A stretch of DNA of 64,000 nt. Source: the human T2T-CHM13v2.0 reference genome, Homo sapiens. The stretch lies in the NCBI RefSeq assembly GCF_009914755.1, contig NC_060929.1; one strand, given 5' to 3'. Below are positions 45,306 through 59,200 of this stretch, in pieces. The notes below the pieces were generated by a model. That model was not told the origin of the DNA and did no database searches. It saw only the letters and a program-made list of their open reading frames with translations. The first letter of the stretch is position 1; the number at the start of each line of letters is the position of its first letter. The position numbers and the translations under genes are program-made.

Positions 45306-46413
45306 TATCAGGAGAAATTCAGCCAAATATCGGGTGAAATTTACCCCCGACATTTCTAGTAGGTTCTTTTTTATTTTCCCTTAGTGTCATCTGGTCTGAG
45401 AAATAAAGGGATAAAATACAACAGAGAGAAATTTTAAAGCTGAGTGTCCAGGGGAGGCATCACATGTCGGCACATTCCATGATGCCCCCTGAGCCATAAA
45501 ACCAGCAAGTTTTCATTAGTGATTTTCAGAAGGGTAGGTAGTGTAGAATAGGGTGTGGTTCACAGAGATCACATGCTTCACAAGATAATGAGATATCACA
45601 AGGTAAATGGAGGCAGGGCGGGATCACAGAACCACAGGACCAGGGCAAAATTACAATTGCTAAAGAAATTTCAGGCACACACTGTCATTGATAACATCTT
45701 ATCAGGAGACAGGGTTTGAGACAGGGTTTGATCAGACAACTGGTCTGATCAAAATTTATTAGGCAGGAATTTCCTCATCCTAATAAGCCTGGGAGGGCTG
45801 CAGGAGACGGGGGCTTATTTCACCCCTGCAGCTGCAACCATAAAAGATGGCCACCCACAAAGCAGCCATTTCAGAGGCCTACCCTCAGGGAAGCATTCTC
45901 TTTCTCAGGGGTGTTCCTTGCTGAGAAAAAGAATTCAGCGATATTTCTTCCATTTGCTTTTGAAAGAAGAGAAGTAAGTTCTGCCAGACTTACTGGTGGT
46001 CAGTGTTTAAGGTTATCTCTCTTGCTCCCTGAACCTGCAGTTATCCTCTTCTTTTTTCACGGTGCCCAGATTTCGTATTGTTCAAACACACAAGCTCTAC
46101 AAACAATTTGTGCAGTTAACACAATCATCATGGGTCCTGAGGTGACATACATCCTCCTTAGCTTACGAAGATGATGGGATTAAGAGATTAAAGACAGGCA
46201 TAGGAAATCACAAGGGCATTGATTGGGGATGTGATAAATGTACATGAGATCTTCACAATTTATGTCCAGAGATTGCAGTAAAGACAGGCATAAGAAAATA
46301 TAAAAGTATTAATTTGGGGAACTAATAAATGTCCATGAAATCTTCAAAATTTATGTTCTTCTACCATGCCTTTAGCCGGTCCCTCCATTTGTGGTTGCTG
46401 ACTTCCCACAACA
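45306..46413 (-). mobile_element. Complete solo MER11 LTR (HERV-K11/HML-8), 1108 bp
   Basis: The - strand begins tgttgtgggaagtcag and ends aatttctcctgata. 6-bp TSD atgctt (45300-45305) / atgctc (46414-46419). No internal proviral sequence. Confidence 0.92.
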
Positions 46414-49400
46414 ATGCTCAATCAAAAGAAAATTGTAACTCTGTGAGATGAATGCACACATCACAAAGCAGTTTCTCAGAAAGCTTATTTCTATTATTTA
46501 TGTGAAGATATTTCCTTTTTCACCATAGGCCTCATTGCATTCCAAAATATCCCTTTGCAGATTCTACAAAAATAGTGTTTCCAAACTGCTCAATCAAAAG
46601 AAAATCGTAACTCTGTGAGATGAATGTACACATCACAAAACAGTTCCTCAGAGAGCATCTTTCTGGTTTTCTTCTGAGGATATTTCCTTTCTCACCATAG
46701 GCCCCAATGTGCTCCCAAATATCCTTTCCCAGATTCTACCAAAACTGTTTTCCAAACTTCTTAATCAAAAGAATGCTTAAACTCTCTGAGACAAATGCAG
46801 ACATCACAAAGCAATTTCCAGAAAGCCTCTTTCTAGTTTTTATGTGAAGGTATTTCCTTATTCACCATAGGCCACAATGTGCTACAAATTATCCCTTTGC
46901 AGATTCTACAAAATTGTGTTTCCAAGATGCTCAATGGAAATAAAGTTTAACTCTGTAAGATGAATGGACACTTCACAAAGCAGTTAATCAGAAAACTTCT
47001 TTCAAGATTTTGTCTGAGAGTATTTCCTTTTTCAACATAGGCCAGATTGCGTTCCCATGTATCCTTTCACAGATTCTACAAAAACAGTGTTTCCAAACTG
47101 CTAAATAAATAGAAAGCCTTATCTTTGTGAGACCAATGCACACATCACAAAGCAGTTTCTCAGAAAATGTCTTTCTAGTTTTTATGTGAATATATTTCCT
47201 TTTTCACCATAGGCTTCAATGCACTCCCAAATATCCCTTCGCAGATTCTACAAAAATAGTGTTTCCTAACTGCTCAACCAAAAGAAAGTTGTAACTCTGT
47301 GAGAAGAATGTACACATTACAAAACAGTTCCTCAGAAAGCATCTTTCTGGTTTTTATGTGAGGATATATCCTCTCTTACCATACGCCCCATGCATTCCCA
47401 AATATCCTTTCACAGATTCTGCAAAAACTGTGTTTCCAAACTACTTAATCAAAAGAATGCTTAAATTCTATGAGACGGAAGCAGACATCACAAAGCAGTT
47501 TCTCAGAAATCTCCTTTCTCTTTATTATCTGAGGATATTTCCTTTTTCTCCATAGGACTCAATGTGCTCCTAAATATCACTTTGCAGATTCTACAAAAAC
47601 AGTGTTTCCAAGATGCTCAATTAAAAGAAAGTTTAACACTGTGAGATGAATGAACACATCACAAAGCAGTTAATCTGAAAGCTTCTTTTAAGTTTTTATC
47701 TGAGGATAGTTCCTTTTTTACCAGAGGCCTCAATGTACTCCCATATAACCCTTCGCAGATTCTACAAAAACAGTGTTTCCAAAATGCTACATCAATAGAA
47801 AATTTTAATTCTGTGAGATGAATGGACACATCATAAAGCTGTTAATCAGAAAGTTTTCTAGTTTATATCTGAGGATATTTCCTTTTTCACCATAGTCCTC
47901 AATGCATTCCTAAATAACCTTTTGCAGATTCTATAAAAACAGTGTTTCCAAACTACTCAATCAAAAGAAAGCGTTATCTCTGTGAGACAAATGCACACAT
48001 CACAAAGCAGTTCTGCAGAAAGTGTCTTTCTAGTTTTGACATGAAGATATTTCTTTTTTCACCATATGCCTCAATGCACTCCCATATATCCCTTCGCAGA
48101 TTCTACAAAAACAGTGTTTCCAAACTGCCTCATCAAAAGAATAGTGCAACTGTGACATGAATCTACACATCACAAAGCAGTTTCCCCAAAAGATTTGTTC
48201 TGGTTTTTTTCTGAAAGTATTTCCTTTTTGACCATAGGCCTCAATGTGTTCCCAAACATCCTTTCCCAAATCCTACAAAAACAGTTGTTTGAAACTGCTC
48301 AATCAAAGAAAGGTTTAACTGTGAGATGAAAACACACATCACAAAGCTTTCTCAGAAATCTTTCTAGTTTTTATCTGAGGATATTACATTTTTCACCATA
48401 AGCCTGAATGTATCCCAAATATCCCTTCACAGATTCTACAAAAACTGTGGTTCCAAACTGCTCAATCAGGACAAAGGAAATCTGAGGATATTTCTTTTTT
48501 CACCATAGGCATCCATGTGCTCCTAAATATACCTCTGCAGATTATACAAAAACAGTGTCCCAAAACTGCTAAGTCAATAGAAAGTTTTAATTCTTTGACC
48601 TGAATGCAAACATCAAAAGCAGTTTCCCAGAAAGCTTCTTTCTAGTTTTTCCCTGAAAATACTTCCTTTTTCACCATAGGCTTCAAAGCACTCCCAAATG
48701 TCCCTTCACAGATGGTACAAAAACAGTGTTACCAAACTACTCAATCAAAAGAAAGTTTTAAAACCATGAGATGAATGCAAACATCACAAAGCAGTTTCTC
48801 ATAAATATTCTTTCTAGTTTTTCCCTGAAGATATTTCCTTTTTCACCATAAGCCTCAATGCACTTCCATATATCCCTTGGTAGAATTTAAAGAAACAGTG
48901 TTTCCAAACTGCTCAATCAAACTGAGGTTAAACTCTGTGAGAAGAATTCACACCACACAAAGTGCTTTCTGACACAGCTTCTTTGTAGTTTTTATCTGAA
49001 GATATTTCCTTTTTCACCATAGGCCTCTAAGTGCTCCCAAATATCCCTTCGCTGATTCTGCAAAAACTGTCTTTTCAAACTTCCCAATCAAAAGAAAGGT
49101 TTAACTATGTGAGATGAATGCACTCATCACCAAGCAGTTTCTCAAAATGATTCTCACTAGTTTTAATCTGAAGATGTTTCCTTTCTACCATAGGCCTCAA
49201 TGCACTCCCAAATATCCCTTTGCAGATTCTACAAAAACAAAGTTTCCAAACTTCTCAATCAAAAGAAAGGTTTAACTCTGTGAGATGAATGCACATATCC
49301 TAAAGCAATTTCTGATAATGCTTCTTTCTAGTTTTTCTCCGAGGATATTTCCTTTTGCACCATAGGCCCCATTGCGCTCTGTATATCACTTCGTAGATTC

Positions 49401-52400
49401 CACAAAAACAGTGTATTCAAATTGCTCAATCAAAATAAAGGTTTACCTCTGTGAGAAGAATGCACACATCACAAAGCAGTTTCTGAGAAAAGTTCTTCTA
49501 TTTTTTATCTGAAGATATTTCCTTTTTCACTGTAGGCCTCAATACACTCCCAAATATCCATTCGCAGATTTTCCAAAAACAGTGTTTCCAGAGTGCTCAA
49601 TCAAAATAATGGTTCACCTCTTTGAAAAGAATGTACACATCAGAAAGAAGTTTCCAGAAAGCTTCTTTCTACTTTTTATCTGAACATATTTCCTTTTTGA
49701 CCATAGGCCTCAAAGAGCTTCTAAATGTCCCTTTGTAAATTCTAAAAAAACAGTGTTTACAAACTGCTCAATTAAAAGAAAGGTTTAACTCTCTGAGATG
49801 AATGCAGAAATCACAAAGCAGTTTCCCAGAAAGCTTCTATATAGTTTTTATCTGAAGATATTTCCTTTTCAACGTAGGCTTCAAAGCCCTCCCAAATATT
49901 CCTTGTCAGATACTAAAAAAACAGTGTTGCAAAACTGCTCAATCTAAAGAAAGGTTTAATTACACGAGAAGAATGCACACATCACAAAGGAGTTTCTGAG
50001 AAAGCTTCTTTCTAGTATTTATCTGACGATATTTCCTTTTTCACCATAGGCCTCAATGACCTCCCAAATATACCTTAGCAGATTCTATAAAAACAGTGTT
50101 TCCAAACTGCTCAATCAATAGAAAGGTTTATTTCTGTGAGATGAATGCACTCATCACAAAGCGGTTTCTCAGAAAGCTTCATTTCAGTTTTTTTCTGAAT
50201 ATATTTACTATTTCACCATAGGCATAAAAGCACTCCAAAATAACCTTTTGCAGATTCTACAAAAACAGTGTTTCCAAACAGCTCAATCAAAGGAAAAGTT
50301 TACCACTGTGTGATGAATACACACATTACTAAGCTGTTTCTCAGAAAGCTTCTTTCTAGTTTTTATATGAAGATATTTCATTTTTCACTAAAGGCCTCAA
50401 AGTGCTCCCAAATACCCCTTGGCAGATTCTTCAAAAAGAGTGTTTGAAACTGTACAATTAATAGAGAGGTTTAACTCTGTTAGAAGAATACACACATCAC
50501 AGAGCAGTTTCTGAGAAAGCTTCTTTCTAGTATTTATATGAAGATATTTCCCTAATCATCGCTGCATTCCCACATATCCCTTTGTAGATTCTATGTAAAC
50601 AGTGTTTCCAAACTGCTCAATCAAAAGAATGGTTTATTTCTGTGAGATGAATGCAGTCCTCACAAAACAGTCCTCACAAAGCAGTTCTCAGAAGGCTTCT
50701 TTTTAGATTTTATCTGAAGATATGTCCTATTTCACAATAGGCCTCAATGCCCTCCCAAGTACACCATCACAGATTCTGCCAAAACAGTGTTTCCAAACTG
50801 CTCAATGAAATTAAGTTTATCTCTGTGAGGTGAATGCACACTTCACAAAGCAGTTTCTCTTCTCAGAAAGATTCTTTGCAGCTTTTCTCTGAAGATATTT
50901 CACTTTTCACCATGGGACTGAAAGCGCTGCCATATATCCCTTTGTTTATACTGCAAAAACATGTTTCCAGACTGTTCAATCAAAAGAAATGTTTAACTCT
51001 GTGAGAAGAAGGCACACATCACAAACCAGTTTCCAAGAAAGCTTCTTTCTAATTTTTATCTGAAGATATTTCCTTTATCACCATAGGTCCCAATGCACTC
51101 CCAAATATCCTTGAGCAGATTCTACTAAAACGGTGATTCCAAACTGCTTAATCAAAAGAAAGGCTTAACTCTGTGAGATGAATGCACTCATCACAAAGCA
51201 GTTTCCCAGAAGTCTTATTTCTAGTATTCATCTGAAGATATTTCCTTTTCCACCATAAGCCACAAAGTGCTCACAAATATCCCTACTCAGATTCTACAAA
51301 AACAGTGTTTCCAAACTCCTCAATCAAAAAGAAGTTTAATTCTGTGAGATGAATGCAGAAAACTTCCTGGTAGTATTTATCTGTAGATTTTCCTTTTTCA
51401 CCATGCCCTCAATGTGCTCACAAATATCCCTTTGCTGATTCTAAAAAAAACAGTGTTTCCAAACTGCTCAATCAATAGAAAGGTTTATTTCTGTGAGATG
51501 AATGCCCTCATCACAAAGCCGTTTCTCAGGAAGCTTCCTTTTGTTTTTTTCTGAATATATTTACTATTTCACCATAGGCCACAAAGTGCTCCCAAATATC
51601 CTTTCATAGATTCTACAAGAACAGTGTATTGAAACAGCTCAAAGGAAAGGTTTACCACTGTGTGACAAATGCACACATCACAAAGCTGTTTCTCAGAAAG
51701 AATCTTTCCAGTTTTTATCTGAAGATATTTCCTTTTTCACCATAGGCCTCAAAGGGCTCCCAAATATCCCTTTGCAGATTCTTCAAAAACAGGGGTTAAA
51801 AACTGGACAATCAAAGGACAGTTTTAACTCTGTGAGAAGAATCCACACATCACAAATCAGTTTCTGAGAAAGCTTCTTTCTAGTATTTATATGAAGCTAT
51901 TTCCCTAGGCCTGAACGTTTTCCCAAATATCCCTTTGCAGATTCTACATGAACATTGTTTCCAAACTGCTCAATCGAAAGAAAGATTTAATTCTGTGAGA
52001 TGAATGCACTAATCACAAAGCAGTTTCTCAGAAAGCTTTTTTTTCATTTTTTTCTGATGATATTTCCTATTTCACAATAAGTCGCAATGTCTTCCCAAAT
52101 ATCCCACTGCAGATTCTGCCAAAACAGTGTTTCCAAACTAAGCAATCAAATTAAGTTCAACTCTGTGAGAGTTAAACAAAGCAGTTTCTCAGAAAACTTC
52201 TTTGTAGTTTTTCTCTGAAGTTATTTCATTTTTCACCATGGGCTTCAAAGTGCTCCCATATATCCCTTTGTTTATACTACAAAAACCGTGTTTCCAGACT
52301 GCCCAATCAAAAGAAAGGTTTAACTCTGTGAAAAGAATGCACACATCACAAAGCGGTTTCTGAGAATACTCCTTTCTAATTTTGTCTGAAGATATTTCCT

Positions 52401-52988
52401 TTATCACCTCAGGCCTCTATGCGCTCCCAAATATCCCTTCACAGATTCTACCTAAACAGTGACTCCAAACTGCTCAATCAAAAGAAAGGCTAATCTCTGC
52501 GAGATGAATGCACACATCTCAAATCGGTTTCCCAGAACGCTTCCTTCCAATAATTTTCTGACTATATTTCCTTTTTCACCATAGGCTTCAAAGCGCTCAC
52601 AAATATTCCCTCACAGATTCTTCAAAAACAGTGTTTCCAAACTGCTCAATCAAAATAAAGGTTTAATTTTGGAGAAGAATACACACATCACAAAGGGCTT
52701 TCTGAGAAAGATTCTTTCTAGTATTTATCTGAAGATATTTCCTTTTTCACATAGGCCTCAATGTGGTCCCAACTATCCCTTTGCAAATTCTTAAAAAACA
52801 GTGTTTCCAAACTGTTCAATTAATAGAGTTTAATTCTGGGTGATGAATGCACTCAACACAAAGCAGTCTCACAGAAAGTATCTTTTTAGTTTTTTTCCAA
52901 AGATATTTACTATTTCCTCATAGGCTTCAGAGCACTCCCAAATATCCCTTCACAAATTTTGCAAAAACAGTGTTTAGAAGCTGCACAA
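46414..52988 (-). repeat. Alpha satellite, 172-bp type monomers
   Basis: Same 172-bp-type diagnostics; more indels. Confidence 0.96.
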
Positions 52989-53291
52989 GGCCAGGCATGG
53001 TGGCCCATGCCTGTACTCCCAGCACCTTGGGAGGCTGAGACGTGTGGATCACAAGGTCAGGAAATCGAGACCATCCTGACTAATACAGTGATACCCCATC
53101 TCTACTAAAAATACAAAAAATTAACAGGGCCTTGTGGCAGGTGCAAGTAGTCCCAGCTACTCAGGAGGCTGAGGCAAGAGAATGGCGTGAACCCAGGAGG
53201 CAGAGCTTGCAGTGGGCCAAGATCACACCACTGCACTCCAGCCTGGGTGAAAGAGTGAGACTTTGTTTCAAATAAATAAATAAATAAATAA
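52989..53291 (+). mobile_element. Full-length Alu, AluY-type, with (TAAA)n tail
   Basis: ggccaggcatggtgg start and central tactaaaaatacaaaaaatta. AluY marks: atcgagaccatcctg, tagtccc, aatggcgtgaaccc, gagcttgcag. Imperfect TSD aagctgcacaa / aagtgcacaa. Confidence 0.93.
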
Positions 53292-56200
53292 ATAAGTGCA
53301 CAATCAAAATAGAGGTTTAACTCTGTGAGAAATATCCACACATCACAAAGTGGTTTCAGAGAAAGCTTCTTTCTAGTATTTATCTAAAGATATTTGCCTA
53401 GGTCTCAATGCATTCCCAAATATCATTTTGTAGATTAGACATAAACAGTGTTTCCAAACTGCTCAATCAAAGGAAAGGTTTAATTCTGTGAGATGAATGC
53501 ATTCATCACAAAGCCATTTCTCAGAAAGCTTCCTTTAATTTTTTTCTTAAGATATTTCCTATTTCACAATAGGCCTCAATGCACTACCAAATATCCCATC
53601 ACAGATTCTGCCAACCAGTGTTTCCAAACTACTCAATCAAATTAAGGTTTAACTCTGTGAGATGAATGCACAGATCACAAAGCAGTTTCTCAGAAAAGTT
53701 CTTTGCAGATTTTCTCTGAAAATATTTTGTTTTTCACCATGGGCCTCAAAGTGAACACATATATCCCTTTGTTTATACTAGAAAAACCATGTTTCCAGAC
53801 TGCACAATCAAAAGAAAGGTTTAACTCAGGGAGATGAATGCACTGGTCACCAAGCAGTTTCTCAGAAAGATTCCAGTTTTTATCTGAAGATATTTCTTTT
53901 TTCACAATGTCTACATTCACTCCAAAATATCCCTTCAGAGATTCTACCAACACATTGTTTCCTAACTGCTCACTCAAAAGAAAGGTTTAACTCTTTGTGC
54001 TGAGTGCACACATCACAAAACAGTTTCTCAGAAAGATTCTTTTTAGGTTTTCTCTGAAGACATTTCATTTTTCACCATGAGCCTCAAAGCACTCTCATAT
54101 ATCCCTTTGTTTATACTACAAAAACCATGTTTCCAAACTGCTCAGTCATATTAAGATTTAACTTTGAGAGAAGAATGCACACATCATAAAGAAGTTTCTC
54201 AGAAAGTTTCTTTTTAGTTTTTCTCTGAAGACATTTCCTTTTTCACCACAGGCCTCAATGTGCTCCCAAATATTCTCTCGCAGATTCTAAAAAAACAGTG
54301 TTTCTGAATGGCTCACTCAAAACAAAGGTTTGCCTATGTGAGATGAATGCACAAATCACAAAGCCATTTCACAGAAAACTTCTTTCTATTATTTACCTCA
54401 AGATATTTCATTTTTCACCATATGCCTCATAACGCTCCCAAATATCTCTTCTCAGATTTAAAAAAGAAAAAGTGTTACAAACAGCTCCATCAAAAGTAAA
54501 GTTTAACTCTGTGAAGTGAATGCACACATCACAAAGCAGTTTCCTTGAAAATTTCTTTCTAATTTTTATCTCAAGGTATTTCCTTTTCAACCATAGGCCT
54601 CTATGCTCTCCCATACATCCCTTCATAGGTTCTACAAAAACTGGGTTTCTAGACTGCTCAATCAAAATACATGTTTAACTCTGTGAGAAGAATGCACACA
54701 TCACAAATCAGTATCTCAAAAAGCTTTTTTCTGGTTTTTATCTGAAGATGTGTCCTTTTTCACCATAGGCCCCAATGCGATACAAAATATTCCTTCACAG
54801 ATTCTACCAAAACAGTGTTTCCAAACTCCTCAATAAAAACAAAGGTTAAACTCCGTGAGATAAATTCACAGATCACAAAGCTGTTTCTCAGAAAACTTTA
54901 TATAGTATTGCTCTGAAGATATTTCCTTCTTCACCCTAAACCTCAATGTGCTCCCATATATCCCTCCACAGAGTCTACAAAAACAGTGTGTCATAACTGC
55001 TCAATGAAAAGAAAGGTTTAACTCTGTGAGAAGAATGCAAGCAACACAAAACAGATTCTGGGAAAGTTTCTTTTTAGTTTTTATCTGAAGATATTTCATT
55101 TTTCACCATAGGCCTCAACGCTCTCCCAAATATACCCTCGCATATCCTACAAAAACAGTGTTTCCAAACTGCTCAATCAAAAGAAATGTTTAACTCTGTA
55201 AGAAGAATGCACACGTCACAAAGGGGTCTCTGAGAAAGCTTCTTTCTAGTATTTATCTGAAGATATTTCCTTTTTCTCCACAGGCCTACATGTGCTCCAA
55301 AATATACCTCTGCAGGTTATACAAAAACAGTGTTTCCAAACTGCTCAATCAACAGACAGTTTTTATTCTTTAAAGTGAATGCATCCATCACAAAGCAGTT
55401 TCTCAGAAAGATTCTTTCAGTTTTTATCTGAAGGTATTTCCTTTTTCACCATATACCTTAATGCACTCCCAAATATCCCTTCTCTGAACTGCTCAAACAA
55501 TAGAAATATTTAACTCTGTGAGATGAATGAACTCATCACAAAGCAGATTCTCAGAAAGCTTCTTTCTAGTTTTTAACTGAAGATATTTTCTTATTCAACA
55601 CAGACCTCAATGCACATCCAAATATCCCTTCACAGATTCTAACAAAAGAGTGTGTTCAAAATGCTCAATCAAAAGAAAGGTTTGCCTCTGTGACATAAAT
55701 CCACACATGACAAAGCAGTTTCTCAGAAAGCTTCTTTTTAGTTTTTGTCTGAAGATATTTCCTTTTTCACCATAGGCATCAATGGGCTCCCATATATCCC
55801 TCCTTAGAATTTACAGAAACAGTGTTTCCAAACTGCTCAATGAAAAGTGAGGTTAAACTCTGTGAGAAGAATGCACACATCACAAAGCAGTTTCTGAGAA
55901 ATCTTCCTTCTAGTATTTATCTGAAGATATTTTCTTTTTCTCCATAGGACTCAAAGCACTCCAAAATATCCCTTGGCAGATTCTAAAAAAAAAACAGTGT
56001 TTCCAAATTGCTCAATCAAAAGAAAGGTTTAATTGTATGAGATGAATGCACAAATCACAAAACTTTTCCCAGAAAACTTTTTTCTAGTATTTACCTGATA
56101 ATATTTCCCTTTTCACCATAGGCCTCAAAGAGCTCCCAAATATCCCTTCTCAAATTCTACAAAAACAGTGTTTCCAAACTGCCCAATCAAAACAGTTTTA

Positions 56201-59200
56201 ACTCTATATGCTGAATGCACACATCACAAAGCAGTTTCTCAGAATACTTCTTTCTAGTTTTTATCTGAAGATATTTCCTTTTTTACCCTCAGCCTTAAAA
56301 TACTCCCAAATATCCCTTCTTAAGTAATTCAAAAAGAGTGTTGCCAAAGTGCCCAATGAAAAGAAAGGTTTAACTCTGTGAGGTGAATGCACTCTTCACA
56401 GAGCAGTTTCTTAGAATGCTTCTTTCTAGTTTTTATCTGAAGATATTTCTTTTTCCACCATAGGACTCAAAGAGTGCACAAATATTCCTTCACGGATCCT
56501 AACAAAACAGTGTTTCCAAAGTGCTCAATCAAAAGAGAGTTTTAACTGTTACAGATGAATGAGCACATCATGAAGCAGTTTCCCAGAAAGATTCTTTTAA
56601 TTTTTATCTGAAGATATTTCGTTTTTCACCATAGGCCTCAAATCACTCCAAAATATTCCTTCTCAGATTGTAAAAAAATCATGTTTCCTAACTTCTCAAT
56701 CAAAAAAGGGTTAACTCTATGAAATTAATGTACTCATTACAAAACAGTTTCTCATAAAGCTTCTTTCTAGATTTTATCTGAAGATATTTTCTTTTTCACC
56801 ATAGGCCTCATAGCACTCCCAAATATCCCTTCATAGATTCTATAAAAACAGCATGTGTAAACTACTCAATGAAGAGAAAGGTTTAACTCTGGGACAAGAA
56901 CGGACAATTCACAAAGCAGTTTCTGAGAAAGCCTCTTTCTAGTTTTTATCTGAAGATATTTCCTTTTTCACTACAGGCCTCAATGTGCTCCCAAATATCC
57001 CATCACAGATTCTACCAAAACAGTGTTTCCAAACTGCTCAATCAAAAGAACGGTTGAGTTCAGTGAGAAGAATGCACACATCACAAAGCGGTTTCTGAGA
57101 AAATTTCTTTCTAGTTTTTATCTGAAGATATTTCATTTTTCACCATAGGCCTCAATGCGCTCCCAAGTATCCTTTTGCAGATTCTACAAAAACAGTGTTT
57201 CCAACCTGGTGAATCAAAAGAAAAGTTTTACTCTGTGAGAAGAATGCTCATATCACAAAGCAGTTTCTGAGAAAGTTTCTTTCTAGTATTTATCTGAATA
57301 CATTTCCTTTTTCACCATAGGCTTCAAGGAGCTCTTAAATATCCCTTTAGAGATTCTGAAACACAGTTTTTCCAAATTGCTCCATAAAAAGAAATGTTTA
57401 ATTCTGTGAGATGAATGCACTTATCACAAACCAGTTTCTCAGAAAGCTTCTTTTTATTTTTTTCTCAATATATTTCCTTTTTCATTATAGGCCTCAAAGC
57501 ACTCCCAAATATCGTTTCAAATATTCTACCAAAACAGTGTTTCCAAACAGCTCAATCAAAAGGAAGGTTTAACTCTGTGAGATGAATGCAGTCATTCCAA
57601 AGCAGATTCTCAGAATGCTTCATTGTAGTTCTTCTCTGAAGGTATTTCCTTTTACACCATAGGCCTTAAAGGGCTTTTATATATCCCTTGGTAGAATTTA
57701 CAGGAACAGTGTTTCCAAAATGCTTAATCAAAAATGAAATTAAACTCTGGGAGAAGAATGCACACATCACAAAGTGGTTTCTGAGGGGCTTCTTTCTAGT
57801 ATTTATCAGAAGATGTTTCCTTTTTCACCATAAGCCTCAAAGTGCTCCAACAAATCCCTTCTCAGATTCCACAAAAACAATGTATCCACACTAATCAATC
57901 AAAAGAAAGGTTTAACTGTGTGCAAAGAATGCACACATCACAAATCAGTTTCTCAGAAATTTCTTTCTAGTTTTTCTCTGAAGATATTTCCTTTCTCACC
58001 ATAGGCCTCAGGGCTCCCATATGTCCCTTCACAAATTCTACAAAAACAGTGTTTCCAAACTGCACACTCAAAAGAAAGGTTCAACTCTGTTAGATGAATG
58101 CACACATCACAAAGCAGTTTCTGAGAAAGCTTCTTTCTGGCTTTTATCTGGAGATATTTCCTTTTTCACCATAGGCCTCAATGCACTTCCAAATGTCCCT
58201 TCACAGATTTAAAAAAGCAGTGTTTCCAAACTACTCAATCAAAAGAAAGGTTTACTTCTGTGAGCTGAATGCACTCATCACAGAGTAGTTTCTCAGAAAA
58301 CTTCTTTCTAGTGTTTATGTGAAGATATTTCCTTTTTCACCATGGGTCTCAAAGCACTGAAAAATGCCCCTTTGCAGATTCTACAAAAACGGTGTTGCCA
58401 AGCTACTCAATTGAAAAAAAAAGTTGAACTCTTTGAGATGAATGCACTCATCCCAAAGCAGTTTCTCAGAAAGCGTCTTTCTATTTTTTATCTGAAGATA
58501 TTTCCTTTTATACTACAGGCCTCAATACGTTCCCAAATACCCCTTGGTGAATTTTACATTAGCAATGTTTCCAAACTGATCAAACAAAATTATGGTTTAA
58601 TACTGTGAGATGAATGTATAAATAACAAATCAGTTTCCAGAAAGCTTCCTTCAAGTATTTACCTGAAGATATTTCCTTTTTCACCATAGGCCTCAATGCT
58701 CACCCAAATACCCTTCAAAGATTTTACCAAAACATTGTTGCCAAACTGGTCAATCATAAGAAAGGTTTAAATATGCGAGATGAATGTACACATCATGTAG
58801 CAGTTTCTCAGAAAGATTCTTTGTAGTTTTTATCTAAAGATATTTCCTTTTTCACCTTAGGCCTCAATGCAATCTCATATATCCCTTCTTAGATTCCACA
58901 AAAACAATATTTCTAGATGGCTCAATCAAAAGAAAGGGCTAACTCTGTGTGAAGAATGTGCACATCACAAAGCAGTTTCTCAGAAATTTCTTTCTAGTTT
59001 TTCTCTGAAGATATTTCCTTTTTCACCATAGGCCTCAGCACTCCCATATATTCATTTGCAGATTCTACATAAACAGTTTCCAAATTCCACATTCAAAAGA
59101 AAGGTTTTACTCTCAGAAGAATGCACACATAACAAAGCACTTTCTCAGAAAGCTTCTTTCTAGTTTTTCTCCAAAGATATTTCACTTTTCACCATAGGCC

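Noticed and set aside
30326-46413. The two MER11 LTRs as ends of one provirus, and ORFs within them
   Set aside because: Opposite orientations, only satellite between them, separate flanks, and no gag/pol/env motifs.
35180-50685. Short tandem micro-duplications in monomers (~35181-35225, ~40131-40170, ~50656-50684)
   Set aside because: Ordinary 14-24 bp slippage events with no shared pattern.
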